Positions 11,497-19,148 of a DNA stretch of 32,000 bases are shown piece by piece. How positions within the stretch are numbered: position 1 is the stretch's first letter; every line of letters starts with the position of its first letter. The position numbers were made by a program, and so were the translations under genes. This DNA comes from an uncultured Actinomycetes bacterium. GTDB taxonomy: Bacteria > Actinomycetota > Actinomycetes > S36-B12 > CAIYMF01. The notes below the pieces were generated by a model. It did not search any database and had not been told where the DNA came from. It saw nothing but the letters and a program-made list of their open reading frames with translations. The stretch is from the NCBI GenBank assembly GCA_963843975.1, contig CAWJMG010000003.1, positions 930,001 to 962,000 of the forward strand, read 5' to 3'.

Positions 11497-12705
11497 TCAA
11501 GGTTCGGCGGGCACCGGCGGACGGCGGTCTCCGCCGGCCCAGCGGAGCGCGGCTCCGGCGACGAGCATGACCGCGATCGCGGCTGCGGCGTTCAGCGGCA
11601 GCCCGGCGTACTCGATCGTGCGGGTGGGGAAGCCGCCGAGGCCGGTCGCGGAGATGACGAGCGTCGAGATGCCGATCAGCAGCGTGGCGACGCACGCGAC
11701 CACGGCGGCGGCTCGCGGTGACGGACGACGGCTGCGCAGCGGCGCGTCCCACCAGACCAGGGGCGCGTGCTCGAGCGGCCAGAGCAGGCGGACGACCGCC
11801 CACACGCCCACGCCGTACGCCGCGATGAACACGACGCTGCCGAGCAGGTAGCCCCAGCCGGCGGGGACGGGGTAGCCGTCGGCGCCGATGGTCACCGGCC
11901 GGTCGAGGTGCAGCGCGTGCGCGAGGGTCGACACGGCGATGAGCACCGGGAGGTGCCAGAGGTAGAGCGTCATCGCGACGAGGTTGACGCCAGTGACGGG
12001 ACGCCAGATTCGAGGACGCTCGAGCAGACGCCGGAGGGGCGCGTCGAGCAGCGTGACCAGCGCAGCCAGCACGACCGAATGGATCGCGAGCACGATCGTC
12101 GGCGGGGCCATGTTGCTCACGGGCTCGCCGGGCATGCCGACCATCGAGACCGGGTACGGGCCGTAGCGGATGAGGACGGCGTTCGCGGTGAAGGCGAGCG
12201 CGACGGCCGCGACCAGCACCGGCCACGGGTAGGCGCCGAGCGAGCCGTGGGAGCGCAGTGCGCCGAGGTAGGCGGGCACGGCCCAGGCGAGGACGAAGTT
12301 GAGCAGCGCCACCGCCTCGGGGAGCCCGAGCGCGAACCGCGCGAGGTCGACGAGCCCGACCAGTCCGAGCAGCAGCAGGAGGCCGAGCACTCCCCCGAGC
12401 AGGCTCGTCCGACCGAACAGCGGCGCGAGCGCCGTCACGAGGAGGTACGCGCCGAGGAACCACAGCAGCTGCGTGGTCAGCATCATGAGCGGCTCGGCCG
12501 TCCTCGCCGGCGCGAGCAGCGTGACGACCGTGGCGATGACGGCCATGAGACCGAGGTAGATCCAGACCGGGCGCAGCAGACGCCGGCCACGACCCCAGAG
12601 CCACGACGCGTAGTCGCCGCCACGCGCGTGATGGCGTTCGTACGACAGGGCGTTCGCAGCGCCGCCCGCGAAGAAGAACAGCGGCATGATCTGCAGGATC
12701 CAGGT
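11497..12705 (-). pseudogene. Acyltransferase-3 family membrane protein, C-terminal 402 codons, separated from its N-terminus by the integrated element
   Basis: The reading frame is open upstream of the internal ATG at 12687 and reads ...EALTWILQIMPLFFFAGGAANALSY..., followed by about 9 TM helices. The missing first ~69 codons are at 22560-22766. Confidence 0.8.
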
Positions 12706-12713
12706 GAGCGCCT
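12702..12713. repeat. Left junction repeat (attL core) AGGTGAGCGCCT
   Basis: It matches 22556-22567 (AGGCGAGCGCCT) at 11 of 12 positions, and the 8-bp GAGCGCCT is identical. Confidence 0.75.
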
Positions 12714-12749
12714 CAATCCGTCCAGCGCAGTAGTCCCCCGCGTGTCGGC

Positions 12750-13034
12750 CTAGGCGCCGTCGGACTCCTCGGCGGCGGCCCTAGCGGTGGCACGCTCGGC
12801 GGCCCGCTCGCGAGCGCCCTCCCCGTAGTTGATTAGCGGCCGGAGAGCGGCCGACGCGGCGTCACGGAGTGTGTAGGCCGTCGCGAGGTCACCCCCTCCC
12901 ATCCCGTAGATGTAGCCGACAGTCCACCCCTCGGGGTCGGGCTCGAACGTGACGCCGAGGAGGTACTCCTCTCCGGCGGCCAGGAGGTCGGCTACGGCGG
13001 ACAGGGTCTCGGCGTCGTGCGGCTCGGCGGTCAT
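12750..13034 (-). CDS. Hypothetical acidic 94-aa protein (last gene of the leftward operon)
   Basis: Clean ATG ORF with high third-position GC. No recognisable motif. Confidence 0.55.
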   Translation of the reverse strand: MTAEPHDAETLSAVADLLAAGEEYLLGVTFEPDPEGWTVGYIYGMGGGDLATAYTLRDAASAALRPLINYGEGARERAAERATARAAAEESDGA

Positions 13035-13078
13035 GGCCGGAGTCTTGCACCCGGCTCCGACGACCGGGAAGACGCCGA

Positions 13079-13123
13079 GAGCCCCGCACCTCGACGCCGG
13101 GGGAAGCGTGAGGGGCGGGGCTC
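13079..13123 (-). terminator. Hairpin downstream of the 326-aa gene, sharing sequence with the hairpin at 21000-21035
   Basis: GAGCCCCGCaCCTC pairs with GAGGgGCGGGGCTC, with a loop of about 17 nt. On the minus strand it reads GGAGCCCCGCCCCTCAC. Confidence 0.4.
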
Positions 13124-13178
13124 CGGGGTGCTCGGCGGGGCGACGGGGGGGCGCACCCCACCGAGCGGTCTCGGGGGT

Positions 13179-14159
13179 CTAGATCACCTCGACCTCGCCG
13201 AGGTTGTCGAGGATCTCCGACCGGCTCCAGGCGTAGACGGTATCGGCGGCGGCGGCCTGGGCGGCGTCCTCGTCCACGGCCTCGACCTCGACGGAGTAGA
13301 CCGTCACCCGGTAGGACCGGGTCCGGCTCGCGGCGTCGCGGAAGTGGTCCTCCAGCCACCCCGGAAGGGCGGCGTAGGCCTTGCTCACGGCGTCCTCGTA
13401 CTCCGAGCACCACCCCTGACGCACGGCCTGCTCGCGGCACACCTCGCCGATAGCGGTCACGGCGGCCTGACCCTCCCGGTAGCGCGTCGAGGCGAGGCGG
13501 TCGAGGCGCTCGACCTCGGCGGCCTGACGCGCGCTCTCGTCCCTCGCGGCCTGGAGCGCGTCGAGGAGGACCACGAGGGCGGCCGAGGCGTGACCCTCGG
13601 CGCCGGTCAGGTCTCCGGAGCGCGCGGCGTCGACGGCCGCCGAGAGGATCCGCTCCGCCGCTCCGACGGTGTCGGCGTCGGCAGCCTCGACGGCGTCGAG
13701 AGCGGCGGCACGGGAGGACGCCGGGACGACCGGCGCGAGGGGCTCGGGCTCCTCGGCGACGGCCTCGACCGGCCACGCCTGGAGGACCTCCTCCGTCAGG
13801 TCGTGGGCGCCGTGCGCGCGGTGCTCGGCGTCCTCGTGGCCGGACAGGAGGGAGCACGAGTACCCGCGCGGGCTCGGCGCCTTGCACCGCGAGGCGTCGG
13901 GGATCTCGACGGCCTCCAGGCGCCGGGCGTAGCACGTCACGGCCTCGTCACGAGCCGTGAGCCGGACGCGGACGAGGGACTCGGAGGCCGTGGCCTCGGC
14001 GGACTCCAGGGCCTCCACGACGCCGACCTCCCCGACGGTCACGCCGGAGTAGGGCTCGATGAAGCGGACGCGCGCCTCGGGGACGAGGCGGGCGTCCCTG
14101 AGGTGCGGGAGAGCGGTCGAGGCGTCGGGCGCTGCGGGGGTGGAGAGAGTGGCGGTCAT
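13179..14159 (-). CDS. Hypothetical 326-aa protein
   Basis: The ATG at 14159 is preceded by TAAGGAGCCCTCTCACC, the motif copy at 14161-14173. The protein is Ala/Glu-rich and helical in the middle, with a Cys-containing C-terminal part (REQAVRQGWCSEYEDAV). I recognised no family. Confidence 0.6.
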   Translation of the reverse strand: MTATLSTPAAPDASTALPHLRDARLVPEARVRFIEPYSGVTVGEVGVVEALESAEATASESLVRVRLTARDEAVTCYARRLEAVEIPDASRCKAPSPRGYSCSLLSGHEDAEHRAHGAHDLTEEVLQAWPVEAVAEEPEPLAPVVPASSRAAALDAVEAADADTVGAAERILSAAVDAARSGDLTGAEGHASAALVVLLDALQAARDESARQAAEVERLDRLASTRYREGQAAVTAIGEVCREQAVRQGWCSEYEDAVSKAYAALPGWLEDHFRDAASRTRSYRVTVYSVEVEAVDEDAAQAAAADTVYAWSRSEILDNLGEVEVI

Positions 14160-14160
14160 G

Positions 14161-14173
14161 GTGAGAGGGCTCC
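14161..14173 (-). repeat. Start-associated motif copy GGAGCCCTCTCAC
   Basis: One nt upstream of the ATG at 14159. The TAA stop of the upstream gene abuts it. Confidence 0.7.
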
Positions 14174-14467
14174 TTAGCGGTTGGGGTTGGCGGTGCGGTT
14201 GCGGGCGTCGGCGTCGGACCACGAGGCCCGGCGCCGTAGGAGGACCGTCACGACGACGGCCCGGCGGCCGTCGGCGCTCTCGGCGACGACGACGGAGAGA
14301 GGGCCTCGGGTGAAGCGGCGGCGGCCCTCGTGCGGCTCGGACACGTCCGGGCGCCGGAGCGCCTCGGCGATCTCCTCGGGCTCCACGTCACGCTCGGCCA
14401 TGACGCGCCGGGCGTGGTGAGTGAGGGCGACGCCGTCGGGATAGCGGTCGGCCGCGTGCGTCGTCAC
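14174..14467 (-). CDS. DUF4258-like small protein (putative toxin-like fold)
   Basis: A 97-aa protein, ...VALTHHARRVMAERDVEPEEIAEAL..P...HEGRRRFTRGPLSVVV......VVVTVLL. This matches my recollection of the DUF4258 pattern (H-A-x-x-R-M-x-E-R ... VV ... TV). GTG at 14467 with GGAGG 7 nt upstream and a GTGA overlap. Confidence 0.5.
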   Translation of the reverse strand: MTTHAADRYPDGVALTHHARRVMAERDVEPEEIAEALRRPDVSEPHEGRRRFTRGPLSVVVAESADGRRAVVVTVLLRRRASWSDADARNRTANPNR

Positions 14468-14742
14468 GAGGTGGCCTCCGCCGTCACGGCCTCGGCGGCC
14501 TGGACGACGCGCCGGGCCTGACGCCGGGTCCTCCAGGACCCCACGAGCCGGACGGCCAGGAGGACGAGGACGACGCACGCGCGCCACGTCCACCGGAGCG
14601 CGCGCCACGTCAGGACGACGGCCCACCGGAGGAGGTGCCACGCGGCCACGGCCAGGAGGACCGGGAGCGCGAGGAGGACCCACGAGAGCGCGCCGACGAC
14701 GGGCGAGGACGAGGGAGCCGGGGCGCGGCGGTCGTCGCTCAT
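14464..14742 (-). CDS. Hypothetical small membrane protein (2 TM, Trp/Arg-rich)
   Basis: A 92-aa protein from the ATG at 14742, which overlaps the upstream stop as ATGA. Two hydrophobic helices. Confidence 0.5.
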   Translation of the reverse strand: MSDDRRAPAPSSSPVVGALSWVLLALPVLLAVAAWHLLRWAVVLTWRALRWTWRACVVLVLLAVRLVGSWRTRRQARRVVQAAEAVTAEATS

Positions 14743-14960
14743 CGGCCCTCGCCTCCGGCCACGATGCGGAGGCTCGCGGAGTGAGCGTCGGACACGGCCA
14801 CGGCGGCGGGCTCGCGGTCCAGGAGGTCGAGGGCGGCTCGGCGCCACGCGGCGGCCTCGCGGCGTGCGTCGTCCAGGCGGGCGGCGGCCAGGAGGACGCC
14901 GAGGAGGAGGCCGACGGTCGCGGCCACGAGGGCCAGGGCGGCGGCGGAGAGAGCGAACAT
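14739..14960 (-). CDS. Hypothetical small membrane protein (1 TM)
   Basis: A 73-aa protein, MFALSAAALALVAATVGLLLGVLLAAA.... The ATG at 14960 directly follows GGAGCCCTCTCA. Confidence 0.5.
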   Translation of the reverse strand: MFALSAAALALVAATVGLLLGVLLAAARLDDARREAAAWRRAALDLLDREPAAVAVSDAHSASLRIVAGGEGR

Positions 14961-14972
14961 TGAGAGGGCTCC
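14961..14972 (-). repeat. Start-associated motif copy GGAGCCCTCTCA
   Basis: Immediately 5' of the ATG at 14960. Confidence 0.7.
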
Positions 14973-14979
14973 TAGCGAT

Positions 14980-14991
14980 GTGAGAGGGCTC
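14980..14991 (-). repeat. Tandem second motif copy GAGCCCTCTCAC, followed by ATC rather than ATG
   Basis: The minus strand reads GAGCCCTCTCAC-ATC-GCTA-GGAGCCCTCTCA-ATG. Confidence 0.6.
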
Positions 14992-15060
14992 GGAAGTCCC
15001 GGCCGGGGAAGCGCGACGGGGGAGGCACGCTCCCCCGGCCGGGGGTCTAGCGGGGGCGGG

Positions 15061-15660
15061 TCAGGAGGCCTTGACGCACGACGCGGCCGGGGTCGAGAGG
15101 ACCGGGCCGGAGGTGTCGGTGGAGACCTGGACGGCATACCCGGTGAGGGCGAGGGTCGCGCCGTCGGCGAGAGCCGAGCCGGGGCGGCCGATCGTCACCT
15201 GCACCTGCTTCGGCGTCCCCACCTGGAGCGGGACGCCGCACGCCGAGCCGGGGGTGGAGGTCGAGGAGGTGGACTCGACCGACAGGCTCCAGCCGGTCTG
15301 CGGGCTCACGGGCGCGGCGACTCCGGCCACGGTTCCGTCGGCGCCGGTCGCCACGAGGGAGGCGGTGTAGGTGCAGGACTCGCCCGGGTAGATCCCGGAT
15401 CCGCCGGTCGAGGAGAGCACGCCGGAGTCCACGGTCAGGCTCGGGCACCCGGCCGGGCCGGAGGCGGGGCCGACGGTCGTCCACGAGGCGGAGAAGGATC
15501 CGCCCTTGACGGTGCCGGAGAAGTTGGCTCGGGCGAGGTACGCCGCGAGGGCGACTCCGGCGGCGGCCACGACGGCCACGACGGCCACGACGGGGACGCC
15601 GAGGACGCGGCGGCCGAGGATGCCGCGACGGTGGGTCGCGGAGGGGTAGGCGTGGGACAT
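15061..15660 (-). CDS. Predicted secreted or membrane-anchored Ser/Thr/Gly-rich beta-type protein with 4 Cys
   Basis: A 199-aa protein with a basic N-terminus, the hydrophobic anchor VLGVPVVAVVAVVAAAGVALAAYLA, then a low-complexity, beta-rich sequence. The ATG at 15660 directly follows GGAGCCGTCTCAC. Confidence 0.6.
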   Translation of the reverse strand: MSHAYPSATHRRGILGRRVLGVPVVAVVAVVAAAGVALAAYLARANFSGTVKGGSFSASWTTVGPASGPAGCPSLTVDSGVLSSTGGSGIYPGESCTYTASLVATGADGTVAGVAAPVSPQTGWSLSVESTSSTSTPGSACGVPLQVGTPKQVQVTIGRPGSALADGATLALTGYAVQVSTDTSGPVLSTPAASCVKAS

Positions 15661-15673
15661 GTGAGACGGCTCC
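15661..15673 (-). repeat. Start-associated motif variant GGAGCCGTCTCAC
   Basis: Immediately 5' of the ATG at 15660. Confidence 0.65.
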
Positions 15674-15901
15674 TAAACGGTCGAGGGCCTCGCGGCTCTC
15701 CGGCGCCACGGTGGCGCCGTGCTCGGAAAGGTAGCACCCGGCCTCTGACAGGCGCGCCAGGGCGTCCACAGGCGCGGCGTGACCGTTACGGCGGCCGGGT
15801 GCTCTCGACGGCCTCACGGGGCGCTCACGAGCCGCGAAAGGCCTACGTCCGGCGGCGTGTGACAGGGACGCCGACGGCTCCGGGGTGGGACCCTCGGCGG
15901 C
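15674..15901. promoter_or_regulatory. Divergent intergenic control region between the leftward operon and the XRE regulator
   Basis: About 240 bp between divergent starts. It contains a 19-bp palindrome CGGCGCCAC-G-GTGGCGCCG (15701-15719) and the direct 9-mers ACAGGCGCG at 15748 and 15768, 20 bp apart. Confidence 0.45.
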
Positions 15902-16186
15902 ATGGTGACCGCAGCAGAAACCGAGGGCCTAGACGCGCTCGTGTCGGACAACGTCCGAGCCGCACGGGCTCGGCTCCGGATCCGTCAGGCGGACCTAGCG
16001 GAGCGCCTCGGGTGGAGCCGGGCGAGCGTTGCGAGCCTGGAGGACCGGCGCCGACGGGTGACCCTCGCGGACGCGGTCGGCTTGTGCTCGGCGCTCGGGC
16101 TCACCTTGACCGAACTCCTCGACGGCCGGGAGGGCGCCGAGGCCCGGCGGGCTCTCGGCCTGGAGGCGTCCGGACGCAACGTCTAG
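15902..16186 (+). CDS. XRE/Cro-CI-type helix-turn-helix transcriptional regulator
   Basis: A 94-aa protein. LRIRQADLAERLGWSRASVASLEDRRRRVTLADAVGLCSALGLTLTELL is a typical HTH_3 signature. It is the only plus-strand gene in the element. Confidence 0.75.
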   Translation: MVTAAETEGLDALVSDNVRAARARLRIRQADLAERLGWSRASVASLEDRRRRVTLADAVGLCSALGLTLTELLDGREGAEARRALGLEASGRNV

Positions 16187-16190
16187 ACGG

Positions 16191-16243
16191 GTCAGGCCCC
16201 GTGCCGGGAGCCCTCTCACAGGATCGGCGGCACGGGGCCTGAC
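16191..16243. terminator. Perfect 16-bp stem hairpin between convergent genes, with the start-associated motif in its 21-nt loop
   Basis: GTCAGGCCCCGTGCCG (16191-16206) pairs with CGGCACGGGGCCTGAC (16228-16243). The loop is GGAGCCCTCTCACAGGATCGG. Confidence 0.65.
16207..16219 (+). repeat. Motif copy GGAGCCCTCTCAC on the plus strand, not followed by a start codon
   Basis: It sits in the loop of the 16191-16243 hairpin. Confidence 0.7.
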
Positions 16244-16253
16244 GGGTCGAACT

Positions 16254-16487
16254 CTAGTCGCGGTGCGGCTCGTGCTCTGCCAGGGCGTCGAGGGCCTCGG
16301 CCAGGGCTCGGAGGTCCTCGCGGATCTCCGGCTCGGGCTCGACGGCCACGGGCTCCTCGGCCACGGGCGCCGAGCCCCACCCGGAGTGGTCGGCCAGGGT
16401 TGCCGTGAACGCGGAGACCTCCTCCGGCGCACCCGGTTCGGGGGCGAACCGGCGCACCTCGCGCCTCACGAAGTGGTTCCCGCTCAC
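16254..16487 (-). CDS. Hypothetical acidic 77-aa protein
   Basis: GTG at 16487 with GGAGG upstream and a GTGA overlap with the preceding gene. Confidence 0.45.
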   Translation of the reverse strand: MSGNHFVRREVRRFAPEPGAPEEVSAFTATLADHSGWGSAPVAEEPVAVEPEPEIREDLRALAEALDALAEHEPHRD

Positions 16488-16840
16488 GCGGCCACCTCCA
16501 CGGGCTCGACGGAGACGACGCCGACAGGGAGCACCTCGGCCCGGTGTGACGCCTCGCGGATCCACGCGGCGGCCACGGAGGCCCGGAGGTCGGAGGCGGC
16601 CTCGGCGGCGCCGAGCGCGAGCGACGGCGGGAGCGCGCGGTTACTCGGGATCACGAGCAACGGAACGCACCGCGAGGCGATGAGACGACGCGCGGCCTCG
16701 TGGTCTCCGTCCACCTCGCCGGACTCCAGGAGGACGACGAGGGCTCTCCCGTACAGGCGCCGGGTCGAGGTCCGGTAGGCGGTGGCGCCGGGCGTCACTT
16801 GGTGCAGGGCCGTCGCGGCGCCGTACCGGGTGGCGCTCAC
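16484..16840 (-). CDS. Hypothetical 118-aa protein
   Basis: The GTG at 16840 overlaps the upstream stop as GTGA. Sequence ...LYGRALVVLLESGEVDGDHEAARRLIASRCVPLLVIP...; no family assigned. Confidence 0.45.
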   Translation of the reverse strand: MSATRYGAATALHQVTPGATAYRTSTRRLYGRALVVLLESGEVDGDHEAARRLIASRCVPLLVIPSNRALPPSLALGAAEAASDLRASVAAAWIREASHRAEVLPVGVVSVEPVEVAA

Positions 16841-17646
16841 GAGGCGGCGCCGGTCCACTCGACGCGCGGGGCCGTCGCGGCCTTGTGAGCGGCGGCGGCC
16901 TTGTCGGCGGCGCGGTAGTGCTCGACCGCCGAGCCCGCGAGGGTGTCGAGGTCGGCCGGGAGAGGGAGCCGGTCGGCGAGGCGCTCGGTGCGGACCATCT
17001 GGGCGCTGAAGTCGTGCGGTCGCCGGGTGAGGCGGTCGCCGAGCATCTGCGGCACGAGGGCCTCGGCGTACCCGGCGGCACGGAGCGCGACGCCGTCGAG
17101 GGAGGACAGGCTCCGGAAGGCGTCGCGCGCGGCCTCCACGGAGGCCTCGGCCTCGGCGATGCGGCCTCGGGCCTCCGTCGAGGTCCTGACGGCCTCGACG
17201 TGCAGGGCCTCGCGGGTCGCCGGGTCGAGGCAGGCGACTCCGGCGGCGCGGTCCACGTCGGCGGCGGTGTGCCGGGCCTCGGCCACGGCGGCGTGGATCC
17301 GCGCCCACAGGCCGAGGAGCCGGGCGCCGAGCGCGTCGGCGTCGGGGGCCTTCACCTTCACCGGGCCGGAGGTCGTCGCCTCGGCGGCGGCCCTCCACGC
17401 GCCGAGCGCGGCGGCGTGGTCGGTCAGGGCGTCGAGTGCCTCGGAGCGCGTGTCCTCGACGCGGTCCGAGACCGCCGCGTGAGCCGCGAGCGCGTCGGCG
17501 ACCGGCGCCGAGACGGCGGCGAGGTGGGCGAGGAGCCCGGGGTCAGTCTTCGGCTCGGCGGTGGCGGTGAGGATGCCCGGTCCGCCGCTCCACGTCTGCG
17601 GGACGAGGAGGGAGTGGCCGGAAGCGGAGGTGTAGAGGTTCGTCAT
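16837..17646 (-). CDS. Hypothetical 269-aa Ala-rich helical protein
   Basis: The ATG at 17646 is preceded by the degenerate motif GGAGGGCGCTCACG (17647-17660). No family recognised. Confidence 0.55.
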   Translation of the reverse strand: MTNLYTSASGHSLLVPQTWSGGPGILTATAEPKTDPGLLAHLAAVSAPVADALAAHAAVSDRVEDTRSEALDALTDHAAALGAWRAAAEATTSGPVKVKAPDADALGARLLGLWARIHAAVAEARHTAADVDRAAGVACLDPATREALHVEAVRTSTEARGRIAEAEASVEAARDAFRSLSSLDGVALRAAGYAEALVPQMLGDRLTRRPHDFSAQMVRTERLADRLPLPADLDTLAGSAVEHYRAADKAAAAHKAATAPRVEWTGAAS

Positions 17647-18067
17647 CGTGAGCGCCCTCCTAGGGCGCGAGGCCTCGGCCGCCGGGGCGGAGTCGAGGGT
17701 CCGGCCGTCGCGCCAATCGCGACGTTCACCGGGGGTGCGGACGGGGGTCCGCGAGTGTCGGGGGATCGGCGGATTGCCTACTCTCCCAACGGTTTACGGG
17801 GTTCGTGCCAATCGGCCGGCCAGGGAGGCCAGGGCCGAAAGTCCTTGTGCCGCAAGGACTCTGAGCATTCGCCGAAAGTCCGTGTGCGCGTTGCGGTCTC
17901 GCGGTTCGGGGCTCGCGAGGCGGTCGATGGGCTCGGGTCGTCTCGCATTGTGGGATGACTGCGTTAACTAAAGGCCGTCTGACCTGCGGAAACGTCTGTA
18001 AGGCGATTTTGCGGGCGGGGTGGGGTGAGTGGACCGGGACGGGGGTCTCGGGCCTCTACGGGCCGTT

Positions 18068-18277
18068 CTAGGCCGTTCTAGAGGGTGCCTCCTGACGCCG
18101 TCGGAAGGCTCTCGCCTCCTTCGGCGTCACGGTGCCGCCGACGGTCGTCGGCTCCTCGACGCCGACCCGTGAGGCCTCGGCCAGGAGCCGGAGCGCCGCG
18201 AGGGCCTCGACCCGGACGGCCTCGGGGGTCTCGACGCCGAGCGGAGGCCACGGGTCGCGCGTCACCTCGGCCGCCAT
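18068..18277 (-). CDS. Hypothetical 69-aa protein
   Basis: ATG at 18277, overlapping the upstream ORF end by 16 nt. The stop lies inside a tandem GGCCGTTCTA x2 repeat. Confidence 0.4.
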   Translation of the reverse strand: MAAEVTRDPWPPLGVETPEAVRVEALAALRLLAEASRVGVEEPTTVGGTVTPKEARAFRRRQEAPSRTA

Positions 18278-18732
18278 GACAGGTGGTCGGGCTCGACGCA
18301 ACGGGGCTCGGCGCACACGACGCGGATCGGGCCGACGCGCTCGGACGACAGGGCCTCGATCACGAGGCGCCGCACCTCGGCCGCGCGGCTCGGCGACGGC
18401 CACGCCGAGCACCCCGTGGCGGGGTCGTGCTCGGCGAGGCCGACGACGGCGGAGAGGACCTCGGCCGGGTCGCCGGTCGCGAGGGCTCGGCCGAGGGCGT
18501 AGCCGGTCACCTTCGGTCGGCTCGGCTCGGAGGCCTGGACCCGCCGGGTCCGCTCGCGCTGACAGGCGAGGCAGCACCGCGCCCGGCCGCCGGGCTTGCT
18601 CCGGTTGCGGACGAGGAGCGAGAGCCGCGACTCACCGCACGAGGCGCACGCCCGCGAGGCCTCGACGCGCTCGGGCTCGGGGACCTGACGGAGGAGGACG
18701 ACGGCGAGCCGGTCGAGGGTCGTCGTGGTCAT
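18262..18732 (-). CDS. Zinc-ribbon protein with an HNH-associated-like C-terminus
   Basis: A 156-aa protein with CASCG...CCLAC (four Cys) and a C-terminal VVCAEPRCVEPDHLSW. The latter resembles the C-x-x-x-C-V-N-P-x-H-L motif of phage HNH/AP2-type DNA-binding proteins. ATGA overlap at 18729-18732. Confidence 0.45.
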   Translation of the reverse strand: MTTTTLDRLAVVLLRQVPEPERVEASRACASCGESRLSLLVRNRSKPGGRARCCLACQRERTRRVQASEPSRPKVTGYALGRALATGDPAEVLSAVVGLAEHDPATGCSAWPSPSRAAEVRRLVIEALSSERVGPIRVVCAEPRCVEPDHLSWRPR

Positions 18733-19148
18733 CGGCGGCACCCGCCGTGGAGAGGCTGGAGGACGCCGCGCCGAGCCGCGACGGGGCGACCGCACGAGGT
18801 GCAGGGCTCGACCTCGCCGAGGCGAGCGCGGGCGGCGGCCTCCTCGGTCATCCGAGCCATGAGGGCGGCGTAGCGGAGCGGCGCGGCCTCCTCGGCCCGG
18901 AGGTACTCCAGGTCGGGGGTTGCACGCCTCGCACGCTCGGCGGCCACGAGGACGGCCACGCCGGACTCCTCGGCCACGTCGAGGCCGTCGGTCTGCGCGC
19001 GGTCGAGGGCATCGACGGTCAGCCACCTACGGCCCCGGGTCCGCTCGGCGTCGGCACGGAGCGCCGGGACGCACGGCCAACCGGCCAGGGACTCCAGGCC
19101 CTTGCTGTCGTTCACGGTGAGGCCGGGGTCACGGGTGGAGGCGGTCAC
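18729..19148 (-). CDS. Hypothetical 139-aa protein with a C-terminal CxxC...C motif
   Basis: The GTG at 19148 overlaps the upstream stop as GTGA. The C-terminus reads EVEPCTSCGRPVAARRGVLQPLHGGC. Confidence 0.45.
   Translation of the reverse strand: MTASTRDPGLTVNDSKGLESLAGWPCVPALRADAERTRGRRWLTVDALDRAQTDGLDVAEESGVAVLVAAERARRATPDLEYLRAEEAAPLRYAALMARMTEEAAARARLGEVEPCTSCGRPVAARRGVLQPLHGGCRR

Noticed and set aside
18087-18101. A 15-nt exact repeat GCCTCCTGACGCCGT, also at 20854-20868
   Set aside because: A single 15-mer match in 32 kb of strongly GC-biased sequence is about what chance allows. One copy is inside a coding region, and there is no flanking similarity.
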